DNA of 63,947 nt, filler included, from 6 parts of 6 records of this genome joined end to end with filler, not necessarily neighbours in it; one strand, 5' to 3'. Counted from the first letter of the whole stretch, positions 17,967 through 27,447 are shown. The notes: a model not told the origin generated them from the sequence alone. Program-made: numbers and translations.

Positions 17967-19076
17967 ATGAAAGATATCACCCTATCACAGTCCGTACGGC
18001 AGAACCTTTTGTCGCTACAGCGCACAGCGGATCTAATGGGCCGCACCCAGAATCGCTTGGCTACTGGCCTTAAGGTCAATTCAGCGCTCGATAATCCGAA
18101 CTCATTCTTTACATCTCAGGGTCTAAACAGCCGCGCTACAGATTTGGGTAGCCTGCTCGATTCCATGGGCCAAGGCGTACAAACCTTGAAGGCTGCTGAT
18201 ACGGGTATCACCAACATCGTGAATTTGGTTGAAGCTGCAAAGGCAAAAGCCAACCAAGCCAACCAAACCAATAAAATTGAAGACCGTCGCGTTTTCGCCA
18301 ATGAATATAATAGCTTGCTGCAACAAATCGAAGATTTGGCACGCGATGCTGGCTATAATGGCAAAAACCTTCTTGCAGGCCCTGGCAATGATTTGGCCGT
18401 TGTCTTTAATGAAGACAGCACCTCAAAGCTGATCATCGAAGCTATCGACCTGACAGACACTACAACCTTTTTGGGCCTAAGCGATCTCACCACCGGCACC
18501 TCCTCCACCGGCACGGTCACAGAGGCAAACCTTATCGCTGGCCGGGAAGCAGGTGACACTTTGACCCTGACCATTGGTTCAGAAACCTACACCATTGAAT
18601 ATGAAGCCACCACCACGGCGGCAGACATCATCAATGCCTTGGACGCTATACCCGATGTAACAGCCTCTTCCGATGGCACAACAGTCACCATCACCACAGC
18701 AGGCGGTAACTTCACGCTGGACGATACGAACACAACAAGTGACATGGCCACTGTCACGGGCACTGGCTATGTGCAAGGCTCTTTTGACACTGAATCTTTG
18801 GTCAATGCCGTGTTGAACGACATCACGGAATCTCTAAATTTGCTGCGTGATCAGGCGTCAACCTTCGGCACAAATTTGACCGTAGTGGAAAACCGCACCA
18901 ATTTTACCAAACAAATGATTTCCACTTTGGCCACAGGTGCGGATATGCTGACTTTGGCCGATACCAATGAAGAAGGCGCGAACCTATTGGCGTTGCAGAC
19001 CCGTCAGCAATTGTCCTCCACCGCCCTTTCAATGGCATCGCAGGCAGATCAGAACGTTTTAAGACTCTTCCAGTAA
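17967..19076 (+). CDS. fliC: Flagellin (copy 4, most divergent termini)
   Basis: Flagellin N- and C-terminal motifs. Confidence 0.95.
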   Translation: MKDITLSQSVRQNLLSLQRTADLMGRTQNRLATGLKVNSALDNPNSFFTSQGLNSRATDLGSLLDSMGQGVQTLKAADTGITNIVNLVEAAKAKANQANQTNKIEDRRVFANEYNSLLQQIEDLARDAGYNGKNLLAGPGNDLAVVFNEDSTSKLIIEAIDLTDTTTFLGLSDLTTGTSSTGTVTEANLIAGREAGDTLTLTIGSETYTIEYEATTTAADIINALDAIPDVTASSDGTTVTITTAGGNFTLDDTNTTSDMATVTGTGYVQGSFDTESLVNAVLNDITESLNLLRDQASTFGTNLTVVENRTNFTKQMISTLATGADMLTLADTNEEGANLLALQTRQQLSSTALSMASQADQNVLRLFQ

Positions 19077-19118
19077 GATCAAACTTAAAGCGTTCCGCGT
19101 AACCTTTAAGAGGACGAG

Positions 19119-19547
19119 ATGGCCCTAAAAGTTGAATTGAAGCCGAAAGAGCGGCTTATTGTCGGCGATTGTGTGATCACCAATTCTGATCAGCGCACAC
19201 GGCTATATGTCTCAGGCAGATCCCCGATTCTGCGCGAAAAGGACATTATGAGGGTGGAGGAAGCCTCCTCCCCGGCAAAACGCGTCTATTTTGCTGTGCA
19301 ATTAATGTATCTTGATGATGACGTTGATAAAGTTCAGGAAGAATATTTCATTCTTGTCAATGACTTAGTAAAAGCAGCTCCATCAATGACTGCAATTGTT
19401 GATGAGATTAATAATGAGATATTAACTGGTTCGCTTTATAAAGCCTTGAAGAAAGCCAAAAAACTGATCGAATACGAACGGGAGCTGATCGGCGATGCAA
19501 CAACAGGCGGCTTTGGCGTACCAACAGACAGCCAAGAAAACAGCTAG
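19119..19547 (+). CDS. flbT: Flagellar biosynthesis regulator FlbT
   Basis: MALKVELKPKERLIVG...PILREKDIM...SPAKRVYFAVQLMY...YKALK. Confidence 0.92.
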   Translation: MALKVELKPKERLIVGDCVITNSDQRTRLYVSGRSPILREKDIMRVEEASSPAKRVYFAVQLMYLDDDVDKVQEEYFILVNDLVKAAPSMTAIVDEINNEILTGSLYKALKKAKKLIEYERELIGDATTGGFGVPTDSQENS

Positions 19548-19902
19548 TCCACGCGAACTGGAAGCCTCATTGCTTTCCAAGTCGGCTGCACAATTGCAGC
19601 GTATTCGTGATGATTGGGACAATAAAAAGCCAGAGTTAGACGGTGCGCTGACCTATAACCGCAAATTGTGGACTGTGTTCATGACTTCGGTGACCAGCGA
19701 TGAGAACCCTTTGCCAACATTGATCAAGCAAAATGTGGCTAATTTGGGCATCTTCGTGATGAACCACACCATGTCGACATTGGCTAATCCTGAAGCGCGC
19801 AAACTTGATGTGCTGATCAACATCAACAAAGAATTGGCTGCTGGCCTGCGCACCCAACAAAATCAGGATGAAGCCCCTAAAGGCACCCATCCCGCTTTGT
19901 AA
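19495..19902 (+). CDS. flaF: Flagellar biosynthesis regulator FlaF
   Basis: AY...SPRELEA...AL.YNRKLW...ENPLP...LININKELAAGL. Confidence 0.92.
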   Translation: MQQQAALAYQQTAKKTASPRELEASLLSKSAAQLQRIRDDWDNKKPELDGALTYNRKLWTVFMTSVTSDENPLPTLIKQNVANLGIFVMNHTMSTLANPEARKLDVLININKELAAGLRTQQNQDEAPKGTHPAL

Positions 19903-19912
19903 TTCACTTCAC

Positions 19913-20284
19913 TTATTCTTTTGTGCGCCGCCACATCATCAAATAGGCGGCGCCAAAGCCAATTTCCGTTAAATTGGCAAACCAAATCCCAATTCCAGCA
20001 TAACCACGGGCAAATTCATAAATGCCCATGCCGGCCATCAACAACATCATGCTGCCAAAGCTGATGGAAATGATGCCCTGCACCACCTTGTCCTGAATAT
20101 TCCGCGTCAAAAATGACACGAGGCCTAACCCCAAAAACAACACGCCTGCACGTTTCGCCAAGAAATCCCCAATTGCGTGAGGCTCCAAGGCAAACAGCCA
20201 ATAAATCAATGGGGGATAAAAGATCATCAAGGCGCTTAAAGTGAAAAACAACAGCGCCGCTGCAATGGAAATCTTTTTAAACAT
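19913..20284 (-). CDS. Hypothetical 4-TM membrane protein
   Basis: Hydrophobic 123-aa ORF between flaF and flgL. Confidence 0.6.
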   Translation of the reverse strand: MFKKISIAAALLFFTLSALMIFYPPLIYWLFALEPHAIGDFLAKRAGVLFLGLGLVSFLTRNIQDKVVQGIISISFGSMMLLMAGMGIYEFARGYAGIGIWFANLTEIGFGAAYLMMWRRTKE

Positions 20285-20394
20285 AGGTCAAACTCAACTT
20301 TGCTCAATTTTTTAAAGCAAAGCCGAGTTTGGCCACCCTTGCAAATCTAATTTAACTTTGCGGTCACAATGCCGCAGCGGTCAAAATTATGCCG

Positions 20395-21894
20395 CTAGCT
20401 CATATAGTTGACCATGCTCAACCGGTTGAGAATGGAAGCTGTTTGATAGCTGGCTTCCATCCGCGTTTTCAGTTGCATAATTTGCATGGCAACTTCTTCC
20501 ATGGAAACAGTTTCAATTTCTGCCAGCATATTTTCCAATGCAGCCTTTTGCTGCCCATGCCGCTCTGAAATGCGATGCGCTGTGGTCTTGGCCAAACCAA
20601 GTTCCATTTGCACCACTTCGATAGAGCCCTGCTCTGAATTGTGGGTTTCCGCCAAACGCTCACGCACCGCGCCGTTCATGGCTTCATATCGCTCGGTTGC
20701 CTTCGGATCAGATGGTGAAAAGCCTTCAGCAGCAAACACAGCGAGAGACTGCATCAATTTGGCAAAACCATTCTCATTGGCCTGCACCCCATAATTGACG
20801 CGAGTATTCTCATCCACGCGCGCCTGAGAAGTTAAGCGCGGATTTGTTGCGCTTTCACCTTGATACCAGATAACGGTGTCCGCATCGGTGGCGGGCACCA
20901 GTGCTGTGGCGCTGTCATATGGCGGGCCATCAACGCGCATCGGCGCATCACCATTGGCGTTGAAAAAGCTGTCCGCTGCCGCAAAAGAAGATGCCGCAGT
21001 CAGTTTGGTTTCAGCAAAATGTCCTAACCGCTCATTCAAAGCCGCCTGCATATTTGCGGCCGTATCTGCAATGCTACCGCCAATCTGAAACTCATCCGGG
21101 CTTTGCGGTGTGCCTGCAACAGCTTTCAATTCAAGCGTAAAACTGGTGCCATCGGGCAAGTCCAAGCCAATCATAATGCGTTCATTGTCAGCCGGTTGGC
21201 TGGTAAACTCAATGGTCGCACTTGGCGGCGCGCCCGTCGGTCCGGTCAGTGTTGTTGAACCACCGTCAGAAGAAAGACTATCTAGCTTAAAGCCAAAGGG
21301 ATGCGTGCCATCCTCAGCGATGGTAACAGTTGTGCCAACAACACCATTGGTCAACCGACCTAGGCCTGAAGCGCCCAAATCAGCTTCGCGACGCTGTGCC
21401 ATGATCGTGCGGAAACCATCTTTGCCATCCGCGCCATTCATCAAAGCGTCAAAGCTTGCAACCGGATCATTCTCAGTTGCATTGCCCGCCAATAGATGCC
21501 GCCCATTCAAGTCAGAATTTAATAGGTCGATCACCTCTTTCATCCGGTTTTCTGCCAAATATTGCGCGGCAGTCATGTTCACACCATTGATCTCAAATGA
21601 TCCTTGCTGTGCGGATGAACGGGTTTCGTCCTCAATCTGATCAATGCGCGAAATCACATCGTCCAAAAAGTTGAGCCGAATATCTACATTGTCCAAATTG
21701 TGCTGATAAGTTTGCAACGCACTTGTGCGGGCCCGAAGGGTCATGTCCACAACCCGGTCAGCGCCCAGCTCAGACAAAGTTTGCGCCCGTTCGCCAGTGG
21801 CCAATTGCTGGTTCAGCACATCCAGCTGATTGCGCATATCAGAGATCGCGCGATAGCTGAATTTTGCGGGAAATAGCGAGTTATTTACGATCAT
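20395..21894 (-). CDS. flgL: Flagellar hook-associated protein 3 (FlgL-like)
   Basis: QQLATGER N-terminus; LLNSDLNGRHLLAG; C-terminal MEASYQTASIL..LSMVNYM; follows flgK. Confidence 0.85.
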   Translation of the reverse strand: MIVNNSLFPAKFSYRAISDMRNQLDVLNQQLATGERAQTLSELGADRVVDMTLRARTSALQTYQHNLDNVDIRLNFLDDVISRIDQIEDETRSSAQQGSFEINGVNMTAAQYLAENRMKEVIDLLNSDLNGRHLLAGNATENDPVASFDALMNGADGKDGFRTIMAQRREADLGASGLGRLTNGVVGTTVTIAEDGTHPFGFKLDSLSSDGGSTTLTGPTGAPPSATIEFTSQPADNERIMIGLDLPDGTSFTLELKAVAGTPQSPDEFQIGGSIADTAANMQAALNERLGHFAETKLTAASSFAAADSFFNANGDAPMRVDGPPYDSATALVPATDADTVIWYQGESATNPRLTSQARVDENTRVNYGVQANENGFAKLMQSLAVFAAEGFSPSDPKATERYEAMNGAVRERLAETHNSEQGSIEVVQMELGLAKTTAHRISERHGQQKAALENMLAEIETVSMEEVAMQIMQLKTRMEASYQTASILNRLSMVNYMS

Positions 21895-21906
21895 ATCTCA
21901 ATCCCC

Positions 21907-23760
21907 TTAAAACGCCTGCATCAGACGGTCGAGCAGTTCTTGCGCAATGGTCATCACCCGCGCATTGGCCGCATAAGCATTTTGCAGTTCCAAAAGCTTG
22001 CCCATTTCTTTGTCAATATCCACGCCATAGGCATCCTCGGCCCGCATTTCCAAAGTCTGGATAAGCTTGCCCTGATGATTGTGCGCCTGCTTTGTGGTGG
22101 CAATGTCATTGCCCTGATAATTGAGCGCTTGCCGCACAATCTCTTCCACATTGCCATTCAAGCGGAATGCACCCTGCCCCTGTGCCGCACTTTCCGCGCG
22201 GAAGGTCATGGAGTTAAGCCGATCAACCAGATAGTTGGGCCTGTCCGCGTCGCCAATTGGCGTCAGCGGAGATGTGGAATGTTGCACCAACAGGCTATTA
22301 TCAGCCACCACATCTTGGTTGACCATCATGCGCAGCGCAAAGCCGCGTTTTTGAGGTGAGCCATCTAAAGAGTTGGTGAAAGCACCTGTGTTGTCCATAA
22401 ATAGCGACATGCCCAAGCCGCCATCTTGCGTGCCTGTGGCCGTGGTTTGCACCACCATGGAATGGATATCTGAATTGTTTGGCGCGCCATCATCCATAAT
22501 GCGCAACACGTCGCCGGACGGGTTGGACACAGTTACATCAGGCCCTAGCGCCGCATTCAAAGCGGTTGCCACCGCACCAATACCACCCGAGAAATCAAGA
22601 CCGATGGTGCGCACGCCGCTCTCGTCCGTGCTGTCCATCGGCAGTTTGCTCGGGTCGTCCACACGCACCACGCGCACAGTTTCTGGCGTGCCACCAACTT
22701 CATATTTCACCGTGAAGCTATTGCCCGGTAGCATTGCGCCAAGATCAGCCTCAAAACCATCTGCGCCACCAGCCGCAACCGCCGTGCCATCTGTGTCGAT
22801 TGTCGACATGGCTTGCGCCAAACCAGCAGCAATCTCATCCAACTGGTCTTGTGCCGTCACCAGGCGGTTATCGCGCAAATCCAACAAAGACGAAATGCGA
22901 CCAGAGGTCAGCAAATCATGAGCAACAACATCAATTTCCAAATTGGCGGGGGTCACCAGTTTCAACGAACCGACACCGTTCAAAGCAGGGTCTGGGTCAT
23001 ATAGTGAGGTCGGTGATAGGCTACCGGCATTCTCGAACTTAAAGGTGGAGTGCTTTTCGCCATCCAACAATCCGACGCCAGTTTTGGTCATCACATTGAT
23101 GGTGCCATTGTCATTATATTGCACATTAATGTCGATCAGCTCGCTCATCTGCGCCAACAGGCGGTCGCGATCATCCATAATGCTCAAGCGTGTGTCGTCA
23201 ATTTTGGTCGTGTCCATCAACTCTTGGTTGATCTTAGACAGCAATTCCAAATTCTGGTTGAGGTCCGACACATGTGTGAAAATCTGGCTTTCCGCCTCCT
23301 GCCGCATGCCCTGCACAGATCGAGAAAGGAAGTTCAGAGATTCCGCCATGGTTTGCGCCCGGTCCACCACATCGGCGCGGGTCACAAAATCTTCCGGGCT
23401 GGTCGCTAATTCCTGCAGCGCGCCCTTAAAATTCGCAAGTTGGGTATCAAGGGAATTGATGTCGCCGGGTTTGCCCAAAAGCAGCTCAAGCCGCCCCAAA
23501 AAATCGGCACGCACATCCAGCGCGCCCATGCGGCTCGTCTCGCGCTGGGTTTGCGTTTCAAGCGCTTGCACATAGGCCCGTTGAATTTGCGCCACCCGCA
23601 CGTTGGAGCTGGTGCCGCGGAAATTATCAATCAGCGCAACGCTTTGTCGGTGATAGCCAGGCGTTCCCGAATTGGCAACGTTTCGCGACACAATGTCCAG
23701 ACTACGCTGGTTTACATTCAATCCCGATAAAGCATTACTCAATGTTACAGAAAGGCCCAT
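21907..23760 (-). CDS. flgK: Flagellar hook-associated protein FlgK
   Basis: NALSGL...SRNVANSGTPGYHRQ; GVDIDKEM..LLELQNAYAANARV. Confidence 0.93.
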   Translation of the reverse strand: MGLSVTLSNALSGLNVNQRSLDIVSRNVANSGTPGYHRQSVALIDNFRGTSSNVRVAQIQRAYVQALETQTQRETSRMGALDVRADFLGRLELLLGKPGDINSLDTQLANFKGALQELATSPEDFVTRADVVDRAQTMAESLNFLSRSVQGMRQEAESQIFTHVSDLNQNLELLSKINQELMDTTKIDDTRLSIMDDRDRLLAQMSELIDINVQYNDNGTINVMTKTGVGLLDGEKHSTFKFENAGSLSPTSLYDPDPALNGVGSLKLVTPANLEIDVVAHDLLTSGRISSLLDLRDNRLVTAQDQLDEIAAGLAQAMSTIDTDGTAVAAGGADGFEADLGAMLPGNSFTVKYEVGGTPETVRVVRVDDPSKLPMDSTDESGVRTIGLDFSGGIGAVATALNAALGPDVTVSNPSGDVLRIMDDGAPNNSDIHSMVVQTTATGTQDGGLGMSLFMDNTGAFTNSLDGSPQKRGFALRMMVNQDVVADNSLLVQHSTSPLTPIGDADRPNYLVDRLNSMTFRAESAAQGQGAFRLNGNVEEIVRQALNYQGNDIATTKQAHNHQGKLIQTLEMRAEDAYGVDIDKEMGKLLELQNAYAANARVMTIAQELLDRLMQAF

Positions 23761-23817
23761 AGGTCACCCTTTAGCGCATCAATTTAAAAGGGCGGCGGCT
23801 AAACCGCCCCAGCTCAA

Positions 23818-25191
23818 TTATCTCACCATGTTCAATGCTTCTTGCAGCATCTCATCCGAGCTGGTCACAATCCGTGTACCCGCCGAATAGGCCTGCTGCG
23901 TCACAATCAATTTGGTGAATTCTTCAGAAATGTCGGTGTTCGACTGTTCCAGCGCAGCGCCGGTCACATTGCCATCAATATCCAAGATCGGCGTACCGGA
24001 TTCTGAGGTCGCTGAATAAAGTCCGCCATCATAGCGCTTCAACTCGTTCGGCGCATTAAAGTTGGCCGTCACCACTTGGGCCAATTCCACCTTTTTACCG
24101 TTGGAATAGTTGGCGACAATCCGGCCTTCCCGGTTCACTTCAACCGACACAAATTCACCAGCCGGATAACCATTTTGCGACAGTTTGGTCACTTCGGTTG
24201 TGCCGTTTGGATCAGCAAATTGTGTCACGCCATTGCTGCCATGCTGCAAAGTCACGTCACCGATATTGATGCCGTCAATTGTAAGACCTGTCAGGTTCAC
24301 AGACGAAATTGTAGGCGACAACGAACCGTTGGTGCCGAACACATAATCCGTGCCCACATTCTGCCATTGCGGGTTGGTGCCAGTAGCATCCGCATCAGAC
24401 TGATAGAACAAGTTCCATGTGTCTTGGCCACCATTGGCAAATGAATCTGTTTTTGCCCAACGCAATTGCACGTTCGCTGGCGCACCATTTTCCGCATAAA
24501 CGGTGATCGCACCACCCGCAATCGAGTCAGCGAGGAACTTGTCGCTCTCGTTGGCCGTCACAAAACCGCCACCACCAGTTGTTGGGTTGTCGGTATAATC
24601 GGCAGGATCCAAAAGCTCAGAGTTCGCGTTTACAGGGTCGTAACCCGCATTCTTAGGCAATTGCGGCAAGTTCAACTGATAATTAAAAACCCCAGTACGC
24701 TGCGCAGGCAAAAAGGCATTGTCGAGCTGGATCACTTCAGGCACAGAACCAGCAACGTTCCCGGTCACGCTATCGATCGGAAGGCCTTTAAGATAGGCAT
24801 TTGAACCATTGACCAGATAACCCTCTTTATCCACGTCAAAGTCGCCACGGCGCGTGTAAAAATCTGTGCCGCCAAACACCGCATTGCCATCATTGGTGCC
24901 GATTTTTTGCTCAACCACAAAAAAACCGTCGCCATTGATCGCCATATAGGTGTTCCGGCCCGCAGTGGTCACATCACCCTGCAAATCGTTCGTAGCCCGC
25001 GACAGCGCCATCACCGCACCGGCAACCTGACGAGGAACCGGTGCATCCGGAATCAAATCAACAAAGTCAGTTTCAATCCGCTTATAAGCGGTAGTTTGCG
25101 AGTTGGCGATATTGCCCGAGATATGCTCCAACGCAAAAGACTGAGCTTGTAGCCCGGTTACTGCAGTGGATAGCGCCCCATAGATACCCAT
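23818..25191 (-). CDS. flgE: Flagellar hook protein FlgE
   Basis: AVTGL...ISGNIANSQTTAYK; YTRRGDF; LEQSNTDISEEFTKLIVTQQAY; AAGGAG RBS supports ATG at 25191. Confidence 0.93.
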   Translation of the reverse strand: MGIYGALSTAVTGLQAQSFALEHISGNIANSQTTAYKRIETDFVDLIPDAPVPRQVAGAVMALSRATNDLQGDVTTAGRNTYMAINGDGFFVVEQKIGTNDGNAVFGGTDFYTRRGDFDVDKEGYLVNGSNAYLKGLPIDSVTGNVAGSVPEVIQLDNAFLPAQRTGVFNYQLNLPQLPKNAGYDPVNANSELLDPADYTDNPTTGGGGFVTANESDKFLADSIAGGAITVYAENGAPANVQLRWAKTDSFANGGQDTWNLFYQSDADATGTNPQWQNVGTDYVFGTNGSLSPTISSVNLTGLTIDGINIGDVTLQHGSNGVTQFADPNGTTEVTKLSQNGYPAGEFVSVEVNREGRIVANYSNGKKVELAQVVTANFNAPNELKRYDGGLYSATSESGTPILDIDGNVTGAALEQSNTDISEEFTKLIVTQQAYSAGTRIVTSSDEMLQEALNMVR

Positions 25192-25239
25192 TTGTTTCTC
25201 CTTACTGTCGATGCGGACATCGAAATCCACCTGAAGTAA

Positions 25240-25255
25240 TGCAAAAGGGATGCCA
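25240..25255 (-). promoter_or_regulatory. Sigma54 (-24/-12) promoter of flgE-flgK-flgL
   Basis: Minus strand TGGCATCCCTTTTGCA: GG-N10-GC. Confidence 0.85.
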
Positions 25256-25260
25256 ATTTT

Positions 25261-25273
25261 TAAACCATTGATT
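25261..25273 (-). promoter_or_regulatory. IHF-binding site
   Basis: Minus strand AATCAATGGTTTA matches WATCAANNNNTTR, directly upstream of the sigma54 promoter. Confidence 0.65.
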
Positions 25274-25339
25274 TTATTGATATTTACAATTCACTAACCA
25301 TAAATATGGCGACCAAACCGGAATCTTTTACCAGCTTAG

Positions 25340-25354
25340 GGGCAATTTTTGCCC
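25340..25354. promoter_or_regulatory. ftr-like (FlbD enhancer) palindrome
   Basis: GGGCAA-TTT-TTGCCC about 85-100 bp upstream of the sigma54 promoter. Confidence 0.6.
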
Positions 25355-25427
25355 AGCCGCATCAAAATTGCCGAACCGCCATGCGCATCAGTGACTTGAG
25401 CACAATTACGAAACCCGCTAAGACCTG

Positions 25428-26321
25428 ATGAACAACAGTGGAAACCAAAAGATGATTTTCAATTCGCCAGATGAGTTTTTGAACGCGCCGCGCAAATGCA
25501 TCACTGCATTTGGCATGTCTGGCGTGGGCAAAACCCATTTCGCCAACAAGCTGCGCGATCAGAACTGGTTCCACTATTCCGTCGATTACCGAATTGGCAC
25601 CCGCTATATGGGCGAGCACATTGTTGATAATTTCAAACAATGCGCCATGAAGGATCCGTTTTTGGCCAATCTGCTGCGCACCGACAGCATTTTTATTGGC
25701 TCAAACATCACCTTCAACAACTTGTCGCCCCTCTCCACCTATCTTGGAAAGCCGGGCAACCCAGAATTGGGCGGCATCCCGTTTGACGAATATAAGCGCC
25801 GCCAAGCCCAGCATCGCCAGGCAGAAATCTCTGCCATGCTGGATACCCCATACTTCATAGACCGCGCCAAGCGCCTCTATGGCTATGATCATTTCATTGC
25901 GGATAGCTCAGGCTCATTCTGCGAAGTAATCGACCTTGATGACCCGCAGGACCCCGTTTTAGAAGCGGTAACAGGTTCGTCCGCGTTGCTCTATATTCGC
26001 GGCACAGAAGAAGACGAAGAAAAGCTCATTGCGCGTTTCAAAAAAGCGCCAAAGCCGATGTATTACGCGCCGAAATTGCTCGACCAGAAATGGCAGCAGT
26101 ACAAGCAAGAGAATAAAATCGCCCATGATCAGGATGTCGATCCAGACGCTTTTATGATCTGGGTGTTCTCCACCGCTCTGCGCCACCGCTTGCCCCTTTA
26201 TCAGCAAATCGCTGACCAGCATGGCTACGTTATTGAAGCCGCTGATTTGGCCACTATGCGAGATATGGAAGATTTTGATGCGATGATGGCGGCCGCCATC
26301 ACAAATCGCAACAAAGCTTGA
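25428..26321 (+). CDS. P-loop NTPase/kinase-like protein upstream of metA
   Basis: Walker A GMSGVGKT; HYSVDYRIGTRY motif; start may be 25452. Confidence 0.8.
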   Translation: MNNSGNQKMIFNSPDEFLNAPRKCITAFGMSGVGKTHFANKLRDQNWFHYSVDYRIGTRYMGEHIVDNFKQCAMKDPFLANLLRTDSIFIGSNITFNNLSPLSTYLGKPGNPELGGIPFDEYKRRQAQHRQAEISAMLDTPYFIDRAKRLYGYDHFIADSSGSFCEVIDLDDPQDPVLEAVTGSSALLYIRGTEEDEEKLIARFKKAPKPMYYAPKLLDQKWQQYKQENKIAHDQDVDPDAFMIWVFSTALRHRLPLYQQIADQHGYVIEAADLATMRDMEDFDAMMAAAITNRNKA

Positions 26322-26381
26322 TCAATCTCTCATTACCGCCTAAACCAAAAACCCTCTTAAATCTCTAATCGGAGTACTCCA

Positions 26382-27296
26382 ATGCCCATCAAGATTCCTA
26401 ATCATTTGCCCGCGCGTCAAATTTTGGAAGAAGAGGGCATTATGGTGATGGACGAGTCCCGCGCTACCACGCAGGACATTCGCCCACTGCAAATCGGCTT
26501 GCTCAATCTGATGCCCAATAAAGAGCGCACAGAAACCCAGTTTGCCCGCCTTATCGGCGCAACGCCCTTGCAGGTTGATTTGACCCTTGTGCGCATTTCA
26601 AACCACCAATCAAAAAATGTGGCGCAAGATCACCTTGAGGCCTTTTACAAAACGTGGGACGAAGTGAAAGACCGCAAGTTTGACGGCTTTATCGTCACTG
26701 GCGCGCCGATCGCCCATCTCGAATTCAAAGATGTTGGCTATTGGGACGAAATGGTCGACATCATGAACTGGACGCGCACCAATGTGCACACCACCATGTT
26801 TGTATGCTGGGGCGCTCAAGCAGCGCTGCACCATTTCCACAATGTCCAGCGCTTCCGTCGTCCGAAAAAAGCCTTCGGCGTCTACCGCCATCAAGCGGCA
26901 ACCCACGCCTCGCCTTATCTCTTGGGCTTCTCAGACGATTTCGCCATCCCCGTTTCCCGCATCAACGATATTGACCATGCGTCTGTGCCGGACAATTTGG
27001 AAGTACTGATCAATTCAAAAGAAGTTGGCCTCTGCCTCCTCAACGATCCAGATCACCGTCAGCTCTTCATGCTGAACCATTTGGAATATGACCATAAATC
27101 ACTGGTGGAAGAATATTTGCGAGACAAAGAAGCTGGTCTCGATACGCCACCACCCGTCAACACGTTCCCGAATGATGATATCACCCAAGAGCCCCTAAAC
27201 CGCTGGCGCTCCCACGCCTATTTGCTGTTCGGCAATTGGATCAATCAAATGTATCAAACCACCGAATACGACCTAAACAAAATCGGCACCAAATAA
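26382..27296 (+). CDS. metA: Homoserine O-acyltransferase MetA
   Basis: MPIKIP...QDIRPLQIGLLNLMP; IVTGAP; catalytic CWGAQ; HLEY; WRSHA.LLFGNW. Confidence 0.95.
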   Translation: MPIKIPNHLPARQILEEEGIMVMDESRATTQDIRPLQIGLLNLMPNKERTETQFARLIGATPLQVDLTLVRISNHQSKNVAQDHLEAFYKTWDEVKDRKFDGFIVTGAPIAHLEFKDVGYWDEMVDIMNWTRTNVHTTMFVCWGAQAALHHFHNVQRFRRPKKAFGVYRHQAATHASPYLLGFSDDFAIPVSRINDIDHASVPDNLEVLINSKEVGLCLLNDPDHRQLFMLNHLEYDHKSLVEEYLRDKEAGLDTPPPVNTFPNDDITQEPLNRWRSHAYLLFGNWINQMYQTTEYDLNKIGTK

Positions 27297-27319
27297 GCTG
27301 AATCATTTCTCGAGACATT

Positions 27320-27361
27320 AGAGCCAAGCATTTGTTTTAACAGCATTTGCTTGGCTCTTTT
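27320..27361 (+). terminator. Rho-independent terminator after metA
   Basis: AGAGCCAAGCA...TGCTTGGCTCT + T-run. Confidence 0.7.
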
Positions 27362-27367
27362 ATTATT

Positions 27368-27445
27368 GCCGCCACCGCTCGCTTTCGCTCCCGCCCCCGG
27401 CACCTCCGCCACTTTTCTCGCCGCCACCGCTCGCTTTCGCTCCCG
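27368..27445 (+). repeat. Perfect 26-bp direct repeat x2 at contig end
   Basis: GCCGCCACCGCTCGCTTTCGCTCCCG at 27368-27393 and 27420-27445. Confidence 0.85.
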
Positions 27446-27447
27446 TC

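Noticed and set aside
20329-20345. TTGGCCACCCTTGCA as a sigma54 promoter
   Set aside because: GG-GC spacing is 8 nt rather than 10, and it points away from the nearest gene start.
20469-25152. Many long opposite-strand or alternative-frame ORFs over flgL, flgK and flgE
   Set aside because: Shadow ORFs expected from codon bias in a more GC-rich contig; no recognisable motifs.
25385-25427. SAM-II (SAM_alpha) riboswitch upstream of the ATPase-metA pair
   Set aside because: Only GTGACTTG and CGCTAA fragments resemble it; the expected pairing is not evident.
27368-27445. CRISPR array
   Set aside because: Only two repeats, low-complexity spacer, no cas genes in the window.
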